NCBI GenBank assembly: GCA_963675295.2
Contig: CAXXKJ010000002.1
Location: forward strand, 3,552,001 to 3,616,000
Source: a bacterium
Lineage (GTDB): Bacteria; Electryoneota; Electryoneia; Electryoneales; Electryoneaceae
Length of the DNA stretch: 64,000 bases
Reading direction: 5' to 3'
In this document: positions 39,612 through 47,487 of the stretch, one piece after another
How positions within the stretch are numbered: position 1 is the stretch's first letter
Layout of the letters: each line of letters begins with the position of its first letter
Notes under the pieces: generated by a model
What the model saw: only the letters and a program-made list of their open reading frames with translations
Told to the model about the DNA's origin: nothing
Database searches by the model: none
Program-made: the position numbers and the translations under genes

Positions 39612-42600
39612 TCATTTCATCAACACGAGTTTGCGGGTGAAGGCTTTATCGCCGGTCTTCAGGTGCAGCAGGTAGACGCCGCTCGCGAGCCCGTGCGCAC
39701 GCCAGCTCATCCGGTGGCTGCCGGCAATGTGCCGCGCGTTCTCGAGCACCGCGACCCGTTGGCCGAGCACGTTGTAGAGGATCGCCTCGACGTTCGCCGG
39801 CTTTGGCAGATCGTAGCTCAGCGTTAGCGTTGAGTTGAACGGATTTGGCCACACCTCACGCAACGCGAATTCACCGGGGAGGGTGTTGTCGTTGTCGTTT
39901 ACGTCCGAATACGGATTCAGCAGCGTAAACGGTTGGTCGCTGTAGACCGTGTCACCCTGCGACACCGCCATCACCGACCAGGTGATTTCCGGCGACCCGT
40001 TCCACGTCAAGTCGAGATCGTCGAAATCGACGGTCAGCTGCGGATCGGTACTGCCTGAAACCTCGATGGTCTCGTTGTAGGAGGTGAGGCTCAACGTGTA
40101 CTCGGCGAAGGCGTACGGATCATTATCGACGCACTCATCCCACGTGAAGGTGACAACCTCATCCTGCATCGCGGTACCATCTTCCGGCGTGGCGAGTGCG
40201 AATGGCAGCGGCTGCTGGAAGTTGACCTCGCGGACCATGCGGACATCATCGATGTACCAGCCGGCCTTGCCGAGATCGCCGTGCGTCTTGCTTTCGAAGA
40301 CGAGGTTCGCGGTCGCGCCGTGCAAGTCGCGCAGATCAACGACGACGGTTTCCCAGTCGCCGGTTTCGCCGCTGTAGACATCGGTCCCGTTGTCGACACC
40401 CGATCCGGGAATGCGGTAGTTGTAGCCACCGATCGGTTCCACCTTCTCGTAGCCGGGGGCGTCAGTTCCGATTTCACCGCCGTCAATGGCGGAACCCGGA
40501 ACGTCCGGATCGACCGCGTACTCGAGCCACTGTTCGTACACCAGCAGCAGCGGTCCGTATTCCGGCGCGAGCATATCGTTGATGATCAGGAAGGAGGGGA
40601 CTTCCTGCGTGTACGGTCCGTCGAGAATGGTGCCGACGACATTTTCACCGCTGACTGCGCCGGTCGGGCCGAATGTCGGCACGCCGATCTGCCATTCTCC
40701 CAGCGGGACAACTTCACCGCCGGTGTTCTCGAAGTCGATCAGCTCAAAGACGGACGACGTGTTGGAGATGGTCGTTTCGTACCAGCCATCTTCGGGATAC
40801 GTAAGTGGATTCCCGGTCGCGGACAGGTCCTCGGACTGCAGCTTGTACTCGATCAAATCGCATGCCTGCACGGGAACATTGTCCGGCAGGCTGACTGACC
40901 ACAGGCCGTTCTCACCGACCGGTTCGAGTTCAAGCGTACCCTGCGCCGCGCCGTTCATCCGCCACAGCACCGTGATGCTGGAGATATCCGTTTGCTGCGG
41001 TGCGGCGTTGATCCACAGCGGCCAACCGGTGCGCGGGAAAGTATCGGTGTTAAGCACAGTCAGCTCGATGCCGGTGACATCGTCCGGCGTCACCTGCAAC
41101 GGGAGCGACAGCGGCCCATAGTTGCCGCCGAGGTCCCGGATACGCACTGCGACGTAGCTTTCTTCCTGATACGGGAGCGTGGTGACGTAGGTCCAGTCAT
41201 CGAGGCCGATCGCGCGCAGCCACGGGTCATCGTCCGAGGTCCAGATGATCGGCGAATTTTCGGTTGGCGGATCGGTGTCGGCTAGAATTTCGTAGGTGTA
41301 TTGATGACCGTCGACAATCGGCTGCCAACTGATAGCGACCGATCCCTCGCCGTCCTCATGCACTTCCAGCCCCTGGATTTGTGGTGGCATGGCGACCGAC
41401 ACCGGGTTATCCCACCAGTCCAGCCAGTTCGCGATGGAATTCAGGAACGGAGCGTAGAACTCAAGCATCGGGGTGTAGGTGGTAATCTCCGGCGGAATCA
41501 CCTGCAGGTTGAACATGTTAGTGCGCGGGTAGTTGTTGTCCTCGAGGTAGGACGGCCACTCATCCATCTCAACGTGCAGGAATGGCTGAATCGCCTGGAA
41601 CGCGATGTAGTTATGCGATTCGTCGTACAAGTACTGATCCTGCTGATTGTTCGGGTCCCCGCGCAGAGTCGTCGCCTGGGGAACACGCAGCGAGTCGTTC
41701 GGCCCGACGTGCACGTAGTAGTTGAGCGTTGTGTTCATCGCGTAGTAGTCGTTGACCGGCATCGCGGGCAACGGGCCGTCGTTACCAACATAATCGCCCG
41801 CCGCGAACACCGGATGCGGGGTCATGTGCGCCAGGTCGCGGCCTTCCTGCCGCATGTCGCGCATCGGCAGGTAGGGCACGGTGTGCGTGTATCCGGCAGA
41901 CAGGATGTTCGGCGTGTGCAGATCATGGCTCGGATCGAAGCTGTGCAACTGGATGACGAACGCCGGGTGCGGATAATAGCCGATGAACTCGTCGGCAAAG
42001 CGTTCGGTGTAGCGCTGCAGCGGCAAACGCGGATTGCGGCTCGGATCGGACAGCGACTTGCTGTTGGAGTAGCTACCCTGCCCGGTCCACAACACTTCTC
42101 GCCCGGAACCGTTGATGCACAGCGCAGCGGCATCAATATCCAGGAACAGTTCGACGGCGGCGAATGGGGCAAAGAAGTCGTCGCACGGATGCACCACCTG
42201 CACCATGATGTTGGCGCGAGTTGCGTTGGGGTTAAAGATGAACACGCCCCAGCCGTTGTCGAAGGACCCGTAAATGTCGTCGGCTGGGTCTGAGGTGCCG
42301 GAGGTGTCCACGTAGTCCATGTTCAGCTGTTCGCGGAGGATGTAGAAGGTGCGGCCGTAGTCGCTGTCCTCAAACTGCACGGTCTCGTAGTGAAATGTCG
42401 CGGCGGAATCCGCAACCATTGCCGCTGCGGCACTCAGATCATCCTCGAACATGGCGAGGAAGATGTTGTCCCAGTGGTCGAGCGCCTGATCGCCAAACGG
42501 AGTGTCCGGAATATAGCGGAAGGAACCGAAGCCACTGGTCTGTGGGTCGATTAGTTCCGGGCCGTAATCGTTGTAACCGGGATCAGCGATTCCCTCAACG

Positions 42601-42746
42601 ATGTGGCTGACCCAGTTGTCGTAGGCCGACCCCGGGTTGCTTCCGGCGAGAAAGCCTCTCAGGCTTCCCGTCTCTTGAATAATCTGTCCCATGGCCGGAA
42701 CCGCCAGAAGCCACGCAACACACAACGCACTGACAAACGTCCGCAT
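39612..42746 (-). CDS. Large secreted protein (unknown N-terminal domain, FN3, jelly-roll, T9SS-type-A-like CTD)
   Basis: Signal peptide; WQIGVP..GP and GWYIDDV; WPNPFNS...RKLVLMK. Confidence 0.87.
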   Translation of the reverse strand: MRTFVSALCVAWLLAVPAMGQIIQETGSLRGFLAGSNPGSAYDNWVSHIVEGIADPGYNDYGPELIDPQTSGFGSFRYIPDTPFGDQALDHWDNIFLAMFEDDLSAAAAMVADSAATFHYETVQFEDSDYGRTFYILREQLNMDYVDTSGTSDPADDIYGSFDNGWGVFIFNPNATRANIMVQVVHPCDDFFAPFAAVELFLDIDAAALCINGSGREVLWTGQGSYSNSKSLSDPSRNPRLPLQRYTERFADEFIGYYPHPAFVIQLHSFDPSHDLHTPNILSAGYTHTVPYLPMRDMRQEGRDLAHMTPHPVFAAGDYVGNDGPLPAMPVNDYYAMNTTLNYYVHVGPNDSLRVPQATTLRGDPNNQQDQYLYDESHNYIAFQAIQPFLHVEMDEWPSYLEDNNYPRTNMFNLQVIPPEITTYTPMLEFYAPFLNSIANWLDWWDNPVSVAMPPQIQGLEVHEDGEGSVAISWQPIVDGHQYTYEILADTDPPTENSPIIWTSDDDPWLRAIGLDDWTYVTTLPYQEESYVAVRIRDLGGNYGPLSLPLQVTPDDVTGIELTVLNTDTFPRTGWPLWINAAPQQTDISSITVLWRMNGAAQGTLELEPVGENGLWSVSLPDNVPVQACDLIEYKLQSEDLSATGNPLTYPEDGWYETTISNTSSVFELIDFENTGGEVVPLGEWQIGVPTFGPTGAVSGENVVGTILDGPYTQEVPSFLIINDMLAPEYGPLLLVYEQWLEYAVDPDVPGSAIDGGEIGTDAPGYEKVEPIGGYNYRIPGSGVDNGTDVYSGETGDWETVVVDLRDLHGATANLVFESKTHGDLGKAGWYIDDVRMVREVNFQQPLPFALATPEDGTAMQDEVVTFTWDECVDNDPYAFAEYTLSLTSYNETIEVSGSTDPQLTVDFDDLDLTWNGSPEITWSVMAVSQGDTVYSDQPFTLLNPYSDVNDNDNTLPGEFALREVWPNPFNSTLTLSYDLPKPANVEAILYNVLGQRVAVLENARHIAGSHRMSWRAHGLASGVYLLHLKTGDKAFTRKLVLMK

Positions 42747-43022
42747 ATCCCCGATCCCCTCGATGTGTGTGGAATAGAGGAACTTAGGCAACGAACGTTT
42801 CCCGTACAAGCGAGGGCCCGGATTCTCTGCAAATCTTTCTGTTTGCGCTCCTCAGCCAAACAGCGTCTCCAGACCTTGTTTGGACCTTGAGTTGAAAGGC
42901 AAAAACGGGGGCGGTCCGCTTGCTTCGTGAACGAGCGCTCGGTACGTTGCAGAGTTATGGAGGTGGATCCTCGCGTGCCTCTTCTCGCGAGGCAGGGTCG
43001 CTGTATTCGGGGGAGCTCGAAC

Positions 43023-46016
43023 ATGCTGAACTGCACAGACTACACACACTTCACCCGTTGGATCGGTTTAGGGCTGCTGTTGATCGCCGTGGCGGTGGTT
43101 TCCCAGCCGGTACCAGTCGTTGCGCAAACCGAGGCGCCGCAGCTGACGGCGGTCGAGGAGGACGGCGGTATCCGTCTCATCTGGACGCGTCCCGGTGAGG
43201 GCGGACGCTGGGCGGTACTCCGCAGCTTCGATGAGTTTGGCCTGATCGAGGATACGCTCGCGTACACCAGCGACACGACGTGGTTCGATCCCGAAGGGTT
43301 TGAGTATCCCGGCACGCGGGCGTTTTACCGTGTCGTGCCGTGGGAACCGGACGATCCACCGAACGATTGGGTCGGGATCGAGGGCTATGAAGCACCGATC
43401 ACCCTCGAAGTGTTTGACACTGACCGCGACCTGGATCCTGTGTGGAGCCTGGAAGACGGCGGCGCGTTCGGCGAACCCGGCCAGCACCTGCTGCTCGGCG
43501 GGGACACGTGGAAAACCCAGATGCTGGACGATCCGCTCCAGCTCGACCGCGATATCATCTGGGCAGTGGACGCGATGAGCGACACCACCAGCCGTTTGCA
43601 GATGATCGGTTTCGGTGATGGCACGGACGAGATGTGGTACGTCCTCTGGGGTCAGTATGCACCGAACACCGACAGCCTGATCTGGACCTACCAGGGCTGG
43701 TTCCCGGAGTTTGAGTGGAACACCTTCAACCTGCCGATCGGCGAGGACTGGTATGGCCGGTTCGGTGGCAATCCGGAAATCGACCGAGTATTCTACGTCA
43801 ACGATTCCTCCGACGATGACGACCAGGGCTGGCTGCGGATCGACAACCTGCGCGACGCGACCAACGCCCAGCCGAACCGTCCCGAAGTCAGCTTCGAGTG
43901 GCAGTGGATTGAGCACCCTGATCCGGATTCGGTGACGGTGCAGTTTGTCAACTGGTCGATGGACCAGGACAGCGACGATCTCACGTTCCTCTGGATCTTC
44001 GGCGACGGCACCAGCAGCGTGGTCGAACACCCGCGCCACACCTACCCGATTGAAGGCGAATGGCCGGTCACGTTGCGTGTTGCAGACGGCTACGAGCGCT
44101 GGGACATGCTGACGCAGACGATCAGCAACGGAATCATCACCCAGCCGCGCGGCAACTTCACGATTGGCAACGTAGGCGATGTGATTCTCGCACGCGGGAT
44201 CATCAACCGCATCAACGATCTTGGGCAGGACGCGATTTTCGCCGGTGTGCAGGATCTGCTCGACCAGTTCGACATGAATTTCGGCAATTTCGAATGCCCG
44301 TTCACGGTGTCCAATGACGGTCACCCGACAAAGGGTATCCTGTTCAAGGCACGCCCGAGCGACTCGCCGATCCTGCAGAACGCCAGGTTCAACTGGGTGT
44401 CGCAGGCGAACAATCACAGCATGGACTACATGCTGGAAGGGATGCTCGAATCGGGTGAGGTCCTGGACAATGCCGGCATTGCGTGGAACGGCATGGGGAT
44501 CAACGACATCATGGCGCGTCAGCCGGTGCTGATGAACTACAACCGGATGAAGCTCGGCATTATTGCGATGTGCAACCGTGACGGGCATTACAACAACTAC
44601 CAGCCGTACCTCGATGCCGCCCGTGACCGGCCCGGCTTCGCATTGTGGAACCGCACCGGGATTGAGGCTACCGTCGGGCTGCAGGACTCGGTGGACATCC
44701 TGATGTATCAGGTTCACTGCGGCAGCGAATACTCGTTTTTCCCCCGAGACGGCGACAACTTTGAGGAACCACGGTTTGCGGACGAAGTCGAGATCGATGA
44801 TCCGTACGTAATCTTCTCGCTCGAACCGGATTCGGGCGAGGTGGCGCTGCGGCATTATGCGATCGACCAGGGCGCGGACGTCGTCATCTGCCACCATCCG
44901 CACGTTATCCAGGGCGTGGAAGTGTACAACGGGAAGTTCATCGCGCACAGCCTTGGCGACTTTGTTTTCGATCTCACGTACAACGAAACGCTCCCCTCAA
45001 TGCTCGTCGAACTGATTGTTGGCGACGAGGAAATTGAGGGTGTAACCGTTTACCCGATCTGGGTTGAGGATGATCTTCCAGTCCGACCGACCGGCGAGCT
45101 GGCCCGGGCGATCACCGACTACCTGACTCATTACTCCCGGCTGCTGAATACGCATTTAACCCGCCCGCCGGACAACGAGGTCGCGGACGTGCAGTTTGAC
45201 ACGACGTATGCACGCGATTCCTCCATGGGTGTCCGCCAGGTGACGCTGAACGACCATCCGGATGATATGAAGCGCACCGCACCGATCTTCCTCAATTGGG
45301 AAGGCTACGTGACCAACATCCGGGTCGAGGATTATCCGGATGGGACGCAGATCCGGTATGGCCGTGACATTCTCCTCTGGGCGAATATGGAGGAAGAGGG
45401 TGCGGACGTCTGGGTGACAAACAGCCAGTACGAAGGCTACAGTACCGAAGTCTTCTACAAGGGGACGCGTAGCCTGCAGATCGAACTTCCAGACGGCGTC
45501 TGGAGCAATTACATCAGTGACTTCCGCCGCAAGGTGAAGCTGCAGAGCGAGCTGTCGCACAGCTTCTCCGGCTACATTCGCACGCAGAATGTGTCAGAAG
45601 CTTCATTCCAGATCCGATTCCATAACAGTCGAGACGGCAACTGGGTGAGCAACGACGAGATCAGCCAGTACGGCACGGAAGACTGGACGCAGCTGTACAT
45701 GGACTTCGACGAGATCGAGAATGACTGGAATTTCCTCAACGTGCGCTGCAACCAGGAACCTCCGGACGGGTCGACGGGTACAGCATGGTATGACCAGTGT
45801 TCGTTTGTCGAGTGGCAGCCGTGGGAAGATGTAGCCGCGGACGGTTCGGTGGATCTGCCGTATCCGAATGGCTATCGTTTCGCGCAAATCCAGATTCCCG
45901 CCGCCAACGCGCCGCCGGACAACGAGATTGTGATCTACTACGAGCGTGAATGGCCGGCGATGTATGATCCGCCCCGAAACCTGCCAGACGGTGAAATGGT
46001 GCAGGCGTCCCGTTGA
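43023..46016 (+). CDS. CapA (PGA_cap) family metallophosphoesterase-like protein with a PKD domain
   Basis: W.FGDG...P.HTY (PKD); GDVILAR, NFECP, ANNHSMDY, VHCGSEY, CHHPHV.QG.E and HSLGDFVFD. Confidence 0.88.
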   Translation: MLNCTDYTHFTRWIGLGLLLIAVAVVSQPVPVVAQTEAPQLTAVEEDGGIRLIWTRPGEGGRWAVLRSFDEFGLIEDTLAYTSDTTWFDPEGFEYPGTRAFYRVVPWEPDDPPNDWVGIEGYEAPITLEVFDTDRDLDPVWSLEDGGAFGEPGQHLLLGGDTWKTQMLDDPLQLDRDIIWAVDAMSDTTSRLQMIGFGDGTDEMWYVLWGQYAPNTDSLIWTYQGWFPEFEWNTFNLPIGEDWYGRFGGNPEIDRVFYVNDSSDDDDQGWLRIDNLRDATNAQPNRPEVSFEWQWIEHPDPDSVTVQFVNWSMDQDSDDLTFLWIFGDGTSSVVEHPRHTYPIEGEWPVTLRVADGYERWDMLTQTISNGIITQPRGNFTIGNVGDVILARGIINRINDLGQDAIFAGVQDLLDQFDMNFGNFECPFTVSNDGHPTKGILFKARPSDSPILQNARFNWVSQANNHSMDYMLEGMLESGEVLDNAGIAWNGMGINDIMARQPVLMNYNRMKLGIIAMCNRDGHYNNYQPYLDAARDRPGFALWNRTGIEATVGLQDSVDILMYQVHCGSEYSFFPRDGDNFEEPRFADEVEIDDPYVIFSLEPDSGEVALRHYAIDQGADVVICHHPHVIQGVEVYNGKFIAHSLGDFVFDLTYNETLPSMLVELIVGDEEIEGVTVYPIWVEDDLPVRPTGELARAITDYLTHYSRLLNTHLTRPPDNEVADVQFDTTYARDSSMGVRQVTLNDHPDDMKRTAPIFLNWEGYVTNIRVEDYPDGTQIRYGRDILLWANMEEEGADVWVTNSQYEGYSTEVFYKGTRSLQIELPDGVWSNYISDFRRKVKLQSELSHSFSGYIRTQNVSEASFQIRFHNSRDGNWVSNDEISQYGTEDWTQLYMDFDEIENDWNFLNVRCNQEPPDGSTGTAWYDQCSFVEWQPWEDVAADGSVDLPYPNGYRFAQIQIPAANAPPDNEIVIYYEREWPAMYDPPRNLPDGEMVQASR

Positions 46017-46088
46017 AGTTGAGGGGACGATTTCGCGGATGTGAGTGATTGCGTGGAAGCATGCGTCCTGCTACATTTCGGGCGCTTT

Positions 46089-46170
46089 GCGCGAGTGGTG
46101 GAATTGGCAGACACGCAGGTTTTAGGCACCTGTGCCGAAAGGTGTGGGGGTTCGAGTCCCCCCTCGCGCA
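46089..46170 (+). tRNA. tRNA-Leu (anticodon TAG)
   Basis: GCGCGAG/CTCGCGC acceptor stem, CAGGT-TTTAGGC-ACCTG anticodon arm, long variable arm and GGTTCGAGTCC T arm; followed by CCG rather than CCA. Confidence 0.95.
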
Positions 46171-46289
46171 CCGTGTTAATAATCACGGAATTACAACGAC
46201 AGCTACACTACATCCAGCTAGGAATAAACCATGTTCAGGTAACACCCGGGTAACACTGTTAACCTTCAGATCTTGGACTTAAGCAAAAA

Positions 46290-47372
46290 TCAATATGGCG
46301 AACGCACGACACGTTCGCTTTCGCTGAACGTCGCCAGCAGTGCTGAATAGTATTTTTCCAGCGTCGTTACGCTCGACCATCCCCCGATAGCTTGAACCAA
46401 TGTTATCGGTGTTCCTTGTAAGAGTTGCCAAGTGCACCACGTGGCCCTTAGGGTGTGCAATTTGTAATTTGGGTTAAACCCCAACTTTTTGAACATCCGT
46501 TTTACACGCTTGCTCATGGTTTGGGGATCATACGGGGCACCTTTAGTACCGGTAGTAGCACCGGTTTCAGAAAACACATACTCGCCCTCCAGCTTCAACC
46601 CTTCAATCAGTTCTTTCAGTTGTGGTAGTTGACGGAAACTTAGTACCCTGGCCTTTCTTGACTTGGCAACATCACCACGAATTGTAACTGTACCTGCGTT
46701 CATATTAATATCAGTGACACGCAGGGCTAGGGCTTCTGAACGCCTACATCCCGTATATAAGTAAAATTTAATCAGATTTTCTAGTTCCTTACCCTTTACT
46801 TCCTCAAGTAGTTTTTGAATTTCTTCTAAAGATAGATACAGTGGAACTTCCTTAATTACTTTTATCTCTTTTCCTTCCCAAGGATTAGTAGTTATCAGCC
46901 CCCAATCCACACCTTTACTGAAACAAGCTTTTATTGCTCCTACTTGAGTTTTTATTGTCACAGGTTTAACTTTTCCAAGCCTATAACTAACATAATCATC
47001 TACAAATGCTTTATTAATTATTGTTAATTGTATATCACCACCGCTACCTTTATATTTTACTTTTATATACTGCACCATCTGCTTCAAACTATTAAAAGCT
47101 TTATCATAAGTGGCTTCACTTTTATTAGTTTTGCAGTGTTTAAGATAGCGATCTGTTAACGCAGATAATTTTATACCTGTTTTTACACTTGGTTTGATTC
47201 CTAATTTCTTTTCCTGAACTTCCTGTATCACAGCATTCAATGCTTGCTGTGCCTGATCTTTTGTTCCTTCCCAGCTGAATTTTCGCTGTTTACCTGTTTC
47301 ATCACGGTACCTGGCAACATATTTAACTCTACCGTTCTTCTTAACTTCCCTGATTAGTTTGGGATTCTGCAT
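46290..47372 (-). CDS. Tyrosine recombinase / phage-type integrase
   Basis: TGCRRSE (R), AKSRK (K), LHTLRAT (HxxR), GGW and EKYY (Y), plus N-terminal arm-binding and SAM-like regions. Confidence 0.92.
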   Translation of the reverse strand: MQNPKLIREVKKNGRVKYVARYRDETGKQRKFSWEGTKDQAQQALNAVIQEVQEKKLGIKPSVKTGIKLSALTDRYLKHCKTNKSEATYDKAFNSLKQMVQYIKVKYKGSGGDIQLTIINKAFVDDYVSYRLGKVKPVTIKTQVGAIKACFSKGVDWGLITTNPWEGKEIKVIKEVPLYLSLEEIQKLLEEVKGKELENLIKFYLYTGCRRSEALALRVTDINMNAGTVTIRGDVAKSRKARVLSFRQLPQLKELIEGLKLEGEYVFSETGATTGTKGAPYDPQTMSKRVKRMFKKLGFNPNYKLHTLRATWCTWQLLQGTPITLVQAIGGWSSVTTLEKYYSALLATFSESERVVRSPY

Positions 47373-47487
47373 GGTAACCACCACCGTAGTTGCGAACCAA
47401 TACCTGAGTAACAAAATAACCTGTGGCTGTCGATAATTCAATAATAACGTTTTAAAATCGACTTCATTTCCGATCAGCCGCCTGGAT

